Positions 47,444 through 57,272 of a stretch of 64,000 nucleotides of DNA are shown here, in pieces. The notes under the pieces are model-generated. The model did no database searches. It saw only the letters and a program-made list of their open reading frames with translations, and had not been told where the DNA came from. Source of the stretch: Escherichia phage DCP80; the sequence record PQ671644.1. One strand, given 5' to 3'. The position numbers and the translations under genes were made by a program. Position 1 is the stretch's first letter. Each line of letters starts with the position of its first letter.

Positions 47444-47713
47444 ATGATTAAGCATTTCAATGTGTCAGACCGTGACATCAAAGTTTCAAATCTCCGGGGT
47501 CATCATTATGCGGGAATAGTTTACTGCGGTAAGCTCATCAAGCATGAAGGTGATGTTCACTATGGTTGGTTGGAATGTGATGAAGTAGTTGTTGGGGAAT
47601 TCCCTGACCCGAATTCTGATACATTTGATGCTAATGACCGTTTGTATTATGGCGAGCTTCACATCCGTGGAATCGTCGGTATCGATGAGGTCGTAAATGA
47701 TTCAGAAGAGTAA
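47444..47713 (+). CDS. Hypothetical protein (homolog of 36663..36932)
   Basis: 89 aa. Confidence 0.4.
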   Translation: MIKHFNVSDRDIKVSNLRGHHYAGIVYCGKLIKHEGDVHYGWLECDEVVVGEFPDPNSDTFDANDRLYYGELHIRGIVGIDEVVNDSEE

Positions 47714-48290
47714 AACCTGGGAGCATTTGAAAAAGATGCCCTCCTTTCTTTATACGAAGGAAGACTTAACCCCCGAATCCCTACAAAAGATTGTAGACAC
47801 TGCCAGATATTCATTGCGTAAAGACCCAGGTCAGGACCGTGAGCAAGTCATGCAAAGATGTATGGTGGCCACAATGGCTGAACAAGCTATTGCTAAATGG
47901 ACCTCCGGTTTTTTATGTGGCGGTGATGAAGATTACGATAATCCTTATTCCTTTGCATTTGATGTAGTTTCGAAGGAAGGGGTGAGAATCGAAGTCAAGA
48001 CCCACCAGTCTGGGTCCAAATGGATATCCGTGCATACTGGCCACCAGGGCGATTATCCACATGGTTACGGGATTAATCTTGGTCCTTTTATGCAACACAA
48101 GCTTGCTGACCTTATGATTATGCTCGATGTAAAAGAGACTCTCAAAGGTTATAGATTTAAACCAAAATTCCTTGCTGGACCCGGTGCTTTCGTTCCTGAG
48201 TCTGGTCTTGTGCAGAAGTCACAAGGGGATGGCTGGTACCTCCGTTCTTGTTCAGAAGAAAAATTTCCCTATCACCGGTTTACAAGCTGA
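47697..48290 (+). CDS. denB: Endonuclease IV DenB-like (second copy)
   Basis: 197 aa, near identical to 36086..36679. Confidence 0.6.
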   Translation: MIQKSKTWEHLKKMPSFLYTKEDLTPESLQKIVDTARYSLRKDPGQDREQVMQRCMVATMAEQAIAKWTSGFLCGGDEDYDNPYSFAFDVVSKEGVRIEVKTHQSGSKWISVHTGHQGDYPHGYGINLGPFMQHKLADLMIMLDVKETLKGYRFKPKFLAGPGAFVPESGLVQKSQGDGWYLRSCSEEKFPYHRFTS

Positions 48291-48337
48291 ACCAACTGTG
48301 TAATAATGTCCTCATACCAACAAATAAGGACATTATC

Positions 48338-48613
48338 ATGGAACACGTTACTACTCACAACATCAAACAAATTCTTATCCAAGCACTCAAAAACAACAAC
48401 ATCAATTTTCCAACCCATGAAATTTTTGATGTGGTATTCAACGAAGTCCAGGGTCAAGTTGCATATTATGACGTTATCGTTTATCTTTCAGAATTTGAAG
48501 TCTACCATCTGACTGAAATTGCTTTCTATCTCTATCGTGGGACTGCAGATTTTACTGGGGTCGTGAATGCAGTTGGCGCATATAAAGAAGTTAAAGAGCA
48601 AATGCACAATTAA
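48338..48613 (+). CDS. Hypothetical protein (homolog of 35763..36038)
   Basis: Start at MEHVTTH. Confidence 0.4.
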   Translation: MEHVTTHNIKQILIQALKNNNINFPTHEIFDVVFNEVQGQVAYYDVIVYLSEFEVYHLTEIAFYLYRGTADFTGVVNAVGAYKEVKEQMHN

Positions 48614-48688
48614 TTAAAAAGTAGTGTACATCAGTATGGAGTCAGTGCATAATGATTCCATACTGAGTTACCAACCTGGAGAAACAAA

Positions 48689-48952
48689 ATGAAATTTAAA
48701 TTTTATTATATTAAGCATAAAGTTACTGGGGAGTTTATTGCATTTACAACTTCATCCAATAATCAAGGTGATACTTTTACTTCATTGTTCTTATCTAGAT
48801 GGGATTCAGACCAGCCTTATTTGTCCACAAAAGAGCATCTTCAACGTATGGCGAAGGGCGAGCTAAACGATTCTTGGGATAATATTGTGAATAATTGTAT
48901 CAAGAAAGCTATCCAAGAAAATCAACTTGAAATCATTGAGGTGGAATTGTGA
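48689..48952 (+). CDS. Hypothetical protein, paralog family member present only in arm 2
   Basis: MKFKFYYIKHKVTG; arm 1 has an unrelated 51-aa ORF here. Confidence 0.4.
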   Translation: MKFKFYYIKHKVTGEFIAFTTSSNNQGDTFTSLFLSRWDSDQPYLSTKEHLQRMAKGELNDSWDNIVNNCIKKAIQENQLEIIEVEL

Positions 48953-49215
48953 ATATTAAATTATATTACGCCAAGCACAAAGTTACAGGTATGGTTGTTG
49001 CTGCTATGTATGACGCGTCAGGCGATGGTGATGATGTTATTACAGAGTTATCTCTTTCTGATTGTAAATTTCTTCGCCCGTTGGTTGCATCAAAGCGTGA
49101 TTTAAAAAAGCTTATTGATGGTAAGCTGGACAATATTGATGGTATAGATATTTTTTATGACCTCCGCGTCGCATTGTCTGATGGATTGATTGAAATCAAA
49201 GAGGTGATATTTTGA
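48949..49215 (+). CDS. Hypothetical protein (homolog of 35252..35518)
   Basis: 88 aa. Confidence 0.4.
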   Translation: MNIKLYYAKHKVTGMVVAAMYDASGDGDDVITELSLSDCKFLRPLVASKRDLKKLIDGKLDNIDGIDIFYDLRVALSDGLIEIKEVIF

Positions 49216-49486
49216 GCAGCAAAACCTGGTGTCTTATCTGGATGTTGTGTATCCCAGTAATTTGCGTTTGTTTTAGTTTATTATTAATGAAACTTGCATA
49301 AAGAGTGTACATCTCCGGTGGTTGTAGTATAATGAACCTATCAACTACTGGAGATGATTATGAAAAAGTTACTTAAAGCCATTTGGAACATGTTTATACT
49401 GTTTGTTGTCCTGAGCATTTTCCCAATTGTTTTTATGATTGACCATGTACGTGTTTACTTTAACTATTTCTTTTGAGGATAATACT

Positions 49487-49633
49487 ATGATAGTTATGAA
49501 AAAGTTTAAAGAATATCATTGCTATGAATGTGGCAAAAAGATTGATTCTATTCATTCATTAAACGTCTTTTCTTTTGATAATTTAAACTATGCACACATT
49601 TGGTGCCTTCGTGGAATGACTAAATTTAACTGA
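49487..49633 (+). CDS. Small Cys/His-containing protein, possible zinc ribbon, arm 2 only
   Basis: HCYECGKK...HIWC spacing; absent from arm 1. Confidence 0.3.
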   Translation: MIVMKKFKEYHCYECGKKIDSIHSLNVFSFDNLNYAHIWCLRGMTKFN

Positions 49634-49790
49634 GGATAATATTATGAATTACAATTCACACTTTCAGAAATCCAATCGCCGCTTTGACTTTATGTTCAAG
49701 TTTATTGTGGCAATGATTATCCTGATTTTCATTGGTGCCATTGCAATGATTGGTTTCCAGGTCTGGATTGCTGCTGAAGTATTCACACAA

Positions 49791-49800
49791 NNNNNNNNNN
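49791..49800. other. Assembly gap (N10), scaffold joint
   Basis: N-run; truncates arm 2. Confidence 0.9.
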
Positions 49801-49831
49801 TTTACAATTGAGTTAACTCCCAAGGATTAAT

Positions 49832-50143
49832 ATGCAAGCTCCAGATATTTCTCAACTGACCGATAAGCAGATTGAAGAAGCACAGGAACGTCTCGAAGAA
49901 GCGAACGCACTTGAAGCACGCAGTCAAGCAGCGAAGATTCTGAAAAAGAATGCTCGTGAAATTGCACGACTGAATAAGCATGCTCAAGGGGCAGTGCTGG
50001 AAAACAATTTTGAAGCATACAAATATGCTTTAGTTAAACTGCGTGGAATTTACCGCCAACCAGTTACGGAAGACCTGATTAAGTTGATGTGGGAAACTAC
50101 TCGCAAACAAATTTGGGAAATCGTAAATGGCATTAGTAAATAA
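49832..50143 (+). CDS. Hypothetical coiled-coil protein
   Basis: 103-aa ORF. Confidence 0.4.
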   Translation: MQAPDISQLTDKQIEEAQERLEEANALEARSQAAKILKKNAREIARLNKHAQGAVLENNFEAYKYALVKLRGIYRQPVTEDLIKLMWETTRKQIWEIVNGISK

Positions 50144-50554
50144 ACCGTTTAAGCGGCTTCGTGTAGGGGCCGCTTTCAGATTTCGCTCATATGGTGATAT
50201 CTGTATCAAGCAGACCGAAACCGAATGTAAGCTCCTTGGCCCTTATGGTGTTCCAAAAGGTATTGTTAAAATTGAGCCGACATCCAAAGTTTGGGTGGAT
50301 TCACACCAACTTAAGAAATGGTGGCAACGATGATAACATGGACAGCAGGCTAATGAAAGACGAATACGAAAAAGTTTAAGAGGTTGTATGAATGACGAAT
50401 TCGATGGATTTTGATAAGATTAAATCTGACAAAAATGAGATGTTGCTTAAATTTGAAGCCGCTCGTATTAAAGCAGAAAATGAAGGTACTATTACCTATA
50501 AGCCTATCAAGTTCAGGTCTTCTCATGAACCTCTGTATGGTGTATTAATTGGAA

Positions 50555-50577
50555 AGGAAGCCTAGTGCTTCCTTTTT
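50555..50577 (+). terminator. Rho-independent terminator
   Basis: GGAAGCCTAGTGCTTCC plus TTTTTT. Confidence 0.65.
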
Positions 50578-50762
50578 TGCTTTATATTCGGGATGATAAA
50601 ATGAACCAACTGAGGAGAACATATGGAATTATTTTTAGGATATGTCGTGCTATTCATGGCATTCTATACATTCACACGAGCTTGTTGGATAGGATTCTTT
50701 TCCACTCCTGACGGGTTCATTTCAATAATTTTATTTTGCATTGCGATAACGGTGCTTGGCTT

Positions 50763-51782
50763 ATGAAAATTTTAAATTTAGGTGATTGGCACTTGGGTGT
50801 CAAAGCTGACGACCCATGGGCTCAAAACATTCAACGCGATGGTATTTTACAGGCGATTGCGTATTCCAAAGCGAATGGGATTAAAGTCTGGATTCAATAT
50901 GGCGATATTTTTGACGTCCGTAAGGCCGTAACGCATAAGACGATGGAATTCAGCCGTGAGATTATGGAACTCCTTCGTGAAGCAGGAATTACTATGCACA
51001 CGATAGTCGGGAACCATGACATGAATCTGAAGAATAAGATTCATCCTAATGCTATCACTGAACTCCTGAATAAGTATGACCATGTTAAAATCTACGACAA
51101 GCCAACGACTGTTGATTTTGACGGTTGTCAGATTGATATGATTCCATGGATGTGTGACGAGAACGCAACTGACATTCACCAACATATCAAAACTTCTGGT
51201 GCTGAATATTGCATCGGTCACTGGGAATTAACCGGGTTTTATTTCTATAAAGGATTGAAATCCCACGGACTTGAGCCTGATTTCCTTAAGAAGTACAAGC
51301 AAGTTTGGTCTGGTCACTTCCACACAATTTCAGAAGCTGCGAACGTTAAGTACATAGGAACACCATGGACATTAACAGCAGGTGATGAGAACGACCCACG
51401 CGGGTTCTGGGAATTTGATACCGAAACCGAAGAGATGAAATTTATTCCGAATGAAACCACCTGGCATCGGAAGATTTTTTATCCAAACGAAACTATTAAC
51501 TACGACGACTTCAAAGACTTATCAGTCCGTGTTATTGTAGAAAAAGTCGATAAAGACCTGACCAAGTTCGAATCCGAATTAGAAAAGCGTGTGCATGAAT
51601 TGCGTGTTGTCAATAAGGTTGATAACAGTGTTGATACGACTGACTCCGAAGAAGAGTTAGACATAAAACGCTTAACTGATATGATGGCAGAATATATTGA
51701 TGCATTACCTGACACCAATGAGAAAGAATCAAAAGCTCTTAAAGCATTGGCCAACAAATTATATCTTGAGGTGCAACCGTGA
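50763..51782 (+). CDS. 47: Recombination endonuclease subunit gp47 (Mre11-like)
   Basis: MKILNLGDWHLGVKADD, YGDIFDVRKA, GNHD and GHFH phosphoesterase motifs match T4 gp47; start moved to MKIL. Confidence 0.85.
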   Translation: MKILNLGDWHLGVKADDPWAQNIQRDGILQAIAYSKANGIKVWIQYGDIFDVRKAVTHKTMEFSREIMELLREAGITMHTIVGNHDMNLKNKIHPNAITELLNKYDHVKIYDKPTTVDFDGCQIDMIPWMCDENATDIHQHIKTSGAEYCIGHWELTGFYFYKGLKSHGLEPDFLKKYKQVWSGHFHTISEAANVKYIGTPWTLTAGDENDPRGFWEFDTETEEMKFIPNETTWHRKIFYPNETINYDDFKDLSVRVIVEKVDKDLTKFESELEKRVHELRVVNKVDNSVDTTDSEEELDIKRLTDMMAEYIDALPDTNEKESKALKALANKLYLEVQP

Positions 51783-52042
51783 AACTTTATGATTTTAATG
51801 AAGCGGGGCTTGAACATATCCGCGAATGTGATGTGGTTGACGACGATAATCAACCGAATACTATTAAGTATTGGTTTGAAGCTATCACTGACCGGGAAAC
51901 CGGTCAACTTATCAAAGTCTATGTAGTCACCGATTGGGCCGTAGAATTTAGTTTTAATGTAATGGAAGATGATACTCCAGAAACATTAATTCATATGGCT
52001 GAATCATGCATCAAGGATGCTTATAATGATGAAAATGTATAA
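51779..52042 (+). CDS. Hypothetical protein
   Basis: 87-aa ORF. Confidence 0.4.
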   Translation: MKLYDFNEAGLEHIRECDVVDDDNQPNTIKYWFEAITDRETGQLIKVYVVTDWAVEFSFNVMEDDTPETLIHMAESCIKDAYNDENV

Positions 52043-52241
52043 ACATGATTTTCATATTGGCGATGGCTGGTTCGGTAATGTAGAATGGGACGTGGATGGT
52101 TCTTGGTATACCGGAACTATGTATGTCACTTCTGAATATTCTGAAGGTGTTTCATGGGCCATGGAACTTGACGACGTGTTTGCTTCTTCCGAAGAAATGC
52201 TAGAATATGCTGAACAAACAATTCGTGAGAACAATACATGA
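52017..52241 (+). CDS. Hypothetical protein
   Basis: 74-aa ORF. Confidence 0.35.
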   Translation: MLIMMKMYKHDFHIGDGWFGNVEWDVDGSWYTGTMYVTSEYSEGVSWAMELDDVFASSEEMLEYAEQTIRENNT

Positions 52242-53920
52242 AAACGTTTAAGCTAAAGAAAGTAACGTATAAAAATATTATGTCTGTAGGCCAGCAGCCT
52301 ATTACAATCCAACTTGATAAGGTCCAAAAGACCTTAGTCACTGGTAAAAATGGCGCTGGTAAATCGACATTCCTTGAAGCTGTTACTTTTGCTTTATTTG
52401 GTAAGCCTTTTCGTGATGTTAAGAAAGGGCAATTAATTAACTCAAGTAACAAGAAAGACCTTTTGGTCGAACTGTGGATGGAATATGATGGAAAAGAATA
52501 CTATATCAAGCGCGGGCAAAAACCCAACGTTTTTGAAATCTCTTGTGGCGGTGAACGTCTTGATGAATCTGCCAGCAGTAAAGACTTCCAAGCGGAATTT
52601 GAACAGCTCATCGGAATGTCCTATGCGAGCTTCAAACAGATTGTCGTACTCGGCACAGCTGGATATACCCCTTTTATGGGCCTATCCACTCCTGCAAGAA
52701 GAAAACTTGTCGAAGACCTTTTAGAGGTTTCTGTACTGGCCGATATGGATAAGCTGAACAAATCTCTTATCCGTGAAGTCAATAGTCAAATCCAGGTGAT
52801 GGATGTGCAGCATGACGGGATTGTTCAACAGATTAAAATCTATCAGGACAACGAAGACCGTCAAAGAAAATTATCAGGCGATAATCTGTTGCGACTGCAA
52901 ACGATGTATGATGAACTTGCCACAGAAGCACGTGGAATCAAGGCAACTATCGAAGAAGCAACGACAAGACTGACCGAGATAATCTTGGGAGAAGACCCTG
53001 AGCACGAACTCACAAAGTTAAAGCAGGAATCATTCCTGATTAAATCGAAGATTGACGATTATCGAAAGGTTGTTGGTCTGTACGAGAAAGGTGGTTGTTG
53101 TCAGACCTGTGCTAGTCAGTTGCATCCAGGAGACCCTATTGTCGCCAGGATTGAGTCAAAGATTGAAGAATGTAATGCATCGGCTGATAAGCATAAAGCT
53201 CGCCAGAATGCTGTTCAGGAGCAATTTGATGCGTATACCAAGGCAAGACAAAACCAGCGTACAATAGCTCAAGACATTCAAACCAAGAAACAAACCTTAG
53301 TCCAGACTGTCGAAAAAGCTAAAAAGGTTAAAGCATTAATCGAGCAAGCCAAGTCAGAATTCATCGACCATGCAGCAGACATTAAAATGCTTCAAGACCA
53401 GCTTGATAAAATAGTCAAACAGAAATCTGACCTTGTGATGGAAAAATATCAACGTGGCATCCTAACGGATATGTTGAAAGATTCCGGTATCAAAGGTGCG
53501 ATTATTAAGAAATATATTCCTATCTTTAATAAGCAGATAAACGCTTACCTTAAAGTTATGGAAGCTGATTATAGTTTTACGTTAGATGAAGAGTTCAACG
53601 AAACGATTAAATCTCGTGGACGTGAAGACTTCAGCTATGCATCATTTAGCCAGGGTGAAAAAGCTCGTATCGATATTGCATTGCTGTTTACATGGCGTGA
53701 TATTGCTGCGAAAGTATCTGGTGTTAATATTAACACCTTGATTCTGGATGAAGTTTTTGACTCGGCCACCGATGTAGAGGGTGTTAAAGCAATTGCTACC
53801 ATCCTGAACAAATTGGAAGACACCAACATCTTTATTATCAGTCACCGAGACCATGACCCGGAAGCATACGGGCAACATCTCCAGATGAAAAAAGTTGGTC
53901 GATTCACTGTTATGGAATAA
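52238..53920 (+). CDS. 46: Recombination ATPase gp46 (Rad50/SbcC-like)
   Basis: Walker A TGKNGAGKST, central coiled coil with CxxC hook (CCQTC), signature SQGEKARIDIA and Walker B LILDEVFD. Confidence 0.85.
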   Translation: MKTFKLKKVTYKNIMSVGQQPITIQLDKVQKTLVTGKNGAGKSTFLEAVTFALFGKPFRDVKKGQLINSSNKKDLLVELWMEYDGKEYYIKRGQKPNVFEISCGGERLDESASSKDFQAEFEQLIGMSYASFKQIVVLGTAGYTPFMGLSTPARRKLVEDLLEVSVLADMDKLNKSLIREVNSQIQVMDVQHDGIVQQIKIYQDNEDRQRKLSGDNLLRLQTMYDELATEARGIKATIEEATTRLTEIILGEDPEHELTKLKQESFLIKSKIDDYRKVVGLYEKGGCCQTCASQLHPGDPIVARIESKIEECNASADKHKARQNAVQEQFDAYTKARQNQRTIAQDIQTKKQTLVQTVEKAKKVKALIEQAKSEFIDHAADIKMLQDQLDKIVKQKSDLVMEKYQRGILTDMLKDSGIKGAIIKKYIPIFNKQINAYLKVMEADYSFTLDEEFNETIKSRGREDFSYASFSQGEKARIDIALLFTWRDIAAKVSGVNINTLILDEVFDSATDVEGVKAIATILNKLEDTNIFIISHRDHDPEAYGQHLQMKKVGRFTVME

Positions 53921-53954
53921 TGCTTTAAACAAGGATGTTATAATAGAGGCTATT

Positions 53955-54146
53955 ATGGCTGACTTCTTAACCGGGCAGCATTTACTGGCTGTCCCTGAAA
54001 TTAAACGGTATGTGTTAGTTAATACCTTTTCGAAAGATGAACACCTTGTTACTGAACGTGACTTACAAAACGCTTTCGGTGAAGAATATGTTAAAATAAT
54101 CGCGAACAGACACAATGCCTGGTTCGCATATGAATACTTTGATTAA
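53955..54146 (+). CDS. Hypothetical protein
   Basis: Start at MADFLTGQ. Confidence 0.35.
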   Translation: MADFLTGQHLLAVPEIKRYVLVNTFSKDEHLVTERDLQNAFGEEYVKIIANRHNAWFAYEYFD

Positions 54147-54578
54147 TTGATAATGAATAGAGAGAATATTATGAACAACGTAACTGCTAAAGATATCCAA
54201 GTTAAAACCATCCGCACCGACGCTAACCCACATAACCAAAACCGCATCCGCAAATCCTGGGTCCTGGCGTGTGATGAAGTATCTGCCACCCGTCTGCAGT
54301 CTCTGCCGCAAGAAGTTAAATTCATGTTGTATGGTGTTATCGATACTGATGTATCTGATAAGTGGATTGAACTGATGCAACGTCATTACAACGATTCACT
54401 GGCTGCTGGTGCTAAACTGGTTATCGACCGTGACGGTTCCGAACGTCTTGAAGATGATTACTGTGTTAACTCTGACGACCATCTGGTGCAAGCTGGTTCT
54501 ATTATTGCTGCGCAACTTCCAGAGTATATTGAATCTCTTCCGGAAGCTATCCACAAACAAATGGCAGTTGTTGCTTAA
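54147..54578 (+). CDS. Hypothetical protein at T4 rpbA position
   Basis: 143 aa between 46 and 45; assignment positional only. Confidence 0.35.
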   Translation: MIMNRENIMNNVTAKDIQVKTIRTDANPHNQNRIRKSWVLACDEVSATRLQSLPQEVKFMLYGVIDTDVSDKWIELMQRHYNDSLAAGAKLVIDRDGSERLEDDYCVNSDDHLVQAGSIIAAQLPEYIESLPEAIHKQMAVVA

Positions 54579-54608
54579 TTAATTTTGATTTGAATAAAAG
54601 GTAATTAA

Positions 54609-55304
54609 ATGAAATTCTCTAAAGACACTATCGCAGTTTTGAAAAACTTCACCTCCATCTACTCTGGCATTATGCTTAAACCAGGCAATACCATCCTGAC
54701 TCGTTCTGTAACTGGAGCGTCATATGGCGAATCCGAAATCAATGATACAATTGACTTTGAAGCTGCGATTTATGACCTGAACGGCTTCTTAAGTATCCTG
54801 GGCCTGGTAACTGACCAAGCTGAAGTATCTCTGGCTGAAGACGCATCAAATATCATTATCAAAGACCAACGTTCAACGATTCACTGGCCTGCGGCTGACC
54901 CGAGCACTATCGTGTTCCCTGCTAAGAAGATTCCTTTCCCGGTAGCTAAGGTTATCTTCGACCTGAAAGGCAGTGACCTGCAGCAGCTTCTGCGTGTGGC
55001 TGGTGGTTTGTCTCTGGACACTTTTGCAATCACCAACAAAGACGGTAAGATTGTTATCCATGGTTATAACCAGCTCGAAGATAAAGAATTAGCGCGTCCA
55101 TTGTATTCCCTGGTGTGTGGTGATTACGAAGGCGATGCAGCGTTTAAATTTATCATTAACAAACTGAACATGAAAATGATTCCGGCTGATTACCGTGTTA
55201 TGCTTTGGGCAAAAGATGATAAATTTGCTACGAAGTTTGAAGGCACACAAGCAAGCTATGTGATTGCAATGGAACAAGGCTCTAGCCACGAATTCCAAGA
55301 TTAA
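54609..55304 (+). CDS. 45: Sliding clamp gp45
   Basis: MKFSKDT.AVLKNF....SGIMLK, AIYDLNGFL, WPAADPST and QQLLRV match T4 gp45. Confidence 0.85.
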   Translation: MKFSKDTIAVLKNFTSIYSGIMLKPGNTILTRSVTGASYGESEINDTIDFEAAIYDLNGFLSILGLVTDQAEVSLAEDASNIIIKDQRSTIHWPAADPSTIVFPAKKIPFPVAKVIFDLKGSDLQQLLRVAGGLSLDTFAITNKDGKIVIHGYNQLEDKELARPLYSLVCGDYEGDAAFKFIINKLNMKMIPADYRVMLWAKDDKFATKFEGTQASYVIAMEQGSSHEFQD

Positions 55305-55309
55305 TAAAT

Positions 55310-55323
55310 GGGGCTTCGGCCCC
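55310..55323 (+). terminator. Terminator-type hairpin GGGGCTTCGGCCCC
   Basis: Directly after gene 45 stop. Confidence 0.55.
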
Positions 55324-55360
55324 ATGGAGTACAAAGTAGAAACTAATATGAGGAAAATAT

Positions 55361-56320
55361 ATGTTAACGGTTAATGACAAAGAATTCATGTGGGAACAAA
55401 AATACCGCCCAGGTACATTATCAGAGTGTATTCTCCCGGCTCATGATAAAGAAACATTAGAGGCGATTGTTAAAAAAGGTTTGATTCCTAACTTGATTCT
55501 GGTCAGTAGTTCCCCTGGTACTGGTAAGACAACAGTTGCAAAAGCTATGTGCGCAGATACGAATTCTGATATGCTGTTTGTTAACGGCTCCGATTGCCGA
55601 ATTGACTTTGTGCGTAATGAATTGACTCGCTTTGCATCATCCAAATCAATCGAAGGTCGCCGTAAGGTAATTGTTATCGATGAGTTCGACCGTGCAGGTC
55701 TGGCAGAATCACAACGGCATCTTCGTAGCTTTATGGAAGCTTATTCAAGCAACTGTTCAATCATTATGACCGCGAACAATATTGATGGCATCATCACTCC
55801 GTTGCAGTCTCGTTGTCGCGTCATTAAGTTTGGTGAAGCAACTCCGGCTGACCAGACTACCATGATGAAAGAGATGATTCATCGTGCAGTCGCGATATGT
55901 AAAAACGAAGGCGTTGAAATCGAAGACCTGAAAGTTGTTGCTGCTTTGGTTAAGCATAACTTCCCGGACCTGCGTAAGACAATTAATGAGCTTGACCGTT
56001 ACTCTGCAAAGGGTGTTATCGATTCCGGTATTCTAAGCATCGTGACAAACAATCGCACGCCAATTGATGATGTGATTGATGCCCTTAAGGACCGTAACTT
56101 TAAAGTTCTCCGTGGTCTGGCTCCTAAGCATGCAAATGATTATTCAAGCTTCATTGCAAAGCTGGCTGATGAAATGTATGGCAAACTGACTGGTGCAAGT
56201 ATTATCCGCATGTATGAGATTGTAGGTGAGAATAATCAGTATCATGGCATTGCAGCCAATACCGAAGTTCACTTGACTTATCTGTTTGCTCAACTGGCTG
56301 GGGAAATGAAATGGCTGTAA
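55361..56320 (+). CDS. 44: Clamp loader large subunit gp44 (AAA+)
   Basis: EQKYRP, Walker A SPGTGKTT, DEFDR and SRC motifs. Confidence 0.85.
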   Translation: MLTVNDKEFMWEQKYRPGTLSECILPAHDKETLEAIVKKGLIPNLILVSSSPGTGKTTVAKAMCADTNSDMLFVNGSDCRIDFVRNELTRFASSKSIEGRRKVIVIDEFDRAGLAESQRHLRSFMEAYSSNCSIIMTANNIDGIITPLQSRCRVIKFGEATPADQTTMMKEMIHRAVAICKNEGVEIEDLKVVAALVKHNFPDLRKTINELDRYSAKGVIDSGILSIVTNNRTPIDDVIDALKDRNFKVLRGLAPKHANDYSSFIAKLADEMYGKLTGASIIRMYEIVGENNQYHGIAANTEVHLTYLFAQLAGEMKWL

Positions 56321-56742
56321 GTCTCTTTGATGATGACGTTCAATTAAACGAACATGAGGTTGCGTGGAAATCACGCGACTTTAACAAAATTCAGGAATTG
56401 TCCGATTCATACAAAGAGAAAGCAGAAAATGAATTGTTCGCGATTCTTAACGACATAACCGTTAGCAAAAAACCACGGAACCTGATTCAATCGGAAAACT
56501 ACAATAAATTCTGGCTGGACAATGCCTTGAGTCAACATGTCGATTGCATCATGCAGGTGAACGTGATGAACTTAATCGGTTCTGGATTAACAGACCAACA
56601 GCATTATAATTATTTGCTGCATGCGGTTCCACAAGGCAAGCGTTATGGCAAATGGGCGAAGGCTGAACCGGATGTAGTCAGCGTCCAGCTTGTGTTAAAG
56701 CTTTTGATGAAATATTATACAATTAATGCAGATGATGCTTTG
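56311..56742 (+). CDS. 62: Clamp loader small subunit gp62, 3' end lost at gap
   Basis: LFDDDVQLNEHEVAW...KEKAENE...NLIGSGL...VPQGKRYGKWAK matches T4 gp62; downstream of N-run is unrelated. Confidence 0.7.
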
Positions 56743-56760
56743 NNNNNNNNNNNNNNNNNN
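56743..56760. other. Assembly gap (N18), scaffold joint
   Basis: N-run; T4 synteny and strand break here. Confidence 0.9.
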
Positions 56761-56911
56761 ACGAATCTGACGTTTAGTCGGTCGCGCAACGTAAGCTTGT
56801 GTAGTTACTCGTCCAAAAACACCATACTTAGGCGAAGGAGTATCAATAAAGACTTCCCACTGGCAAGAGTAGCTATATATTGCTTTAGAGAATTGGGTCA
56901 AAACAAACATA

Positions 56912-57271
56912 TTAACCTCGCTTCATGAAGGCATTAAAAATCTGGTCATCAATATCAGTAGGCGGTTCTTGAGCTTTGACCCAAGCCCCTTCCAGAATGT
57001 CATTCGCTTCAGTAGATAACATGACCCCAATTTCGGGGTTTCCCGTTATCCAGGCGGCGCAATCACGTACATTCTTTTTATCAAATGGATAGCCACGAGT
57101 ATCTTCATAAGGTCCATTCATTACCAGGAATGAGCGAGCCTTTATGATAATATCATCTTTAACGATAATATAACCAATCGCTTGATTAAACTGAGGGTCG
57201 CGGAATTCATAATGAGCATTACCATCATTATTGCTCGCCAGTTCAAAATTCAGAAAATTGTAATCATTCAT
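56912..57271 (-). CDS. Hypothetical protein
   Basis: 119 aa; C-terminal DDQIFNAFMKR shared with next gene. Confidence 0.4.
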   Translation of the reverse strand: MNDYNFLNFELASNNDGNAHYEFRDPQFNQAIGYIIVKDDIIIKARSFLVMNGPYEDTRGYPFDKKNVRDCAAWITGNPEIGVMLSTEANDILEGAWVKAQEPPTDIDDQIFNAFMKRG

Positions 57272-57272
57272 A

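Larger units (their letters stand above)
42926..49790. repeat. Arm 2 of inverted duplication (partner 34833-40983)
   Basis: Collinear with T4 order 39-rIIA-rIIB-denB; has extra HNH gene and two cassette differences. Confidence 0.85.
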
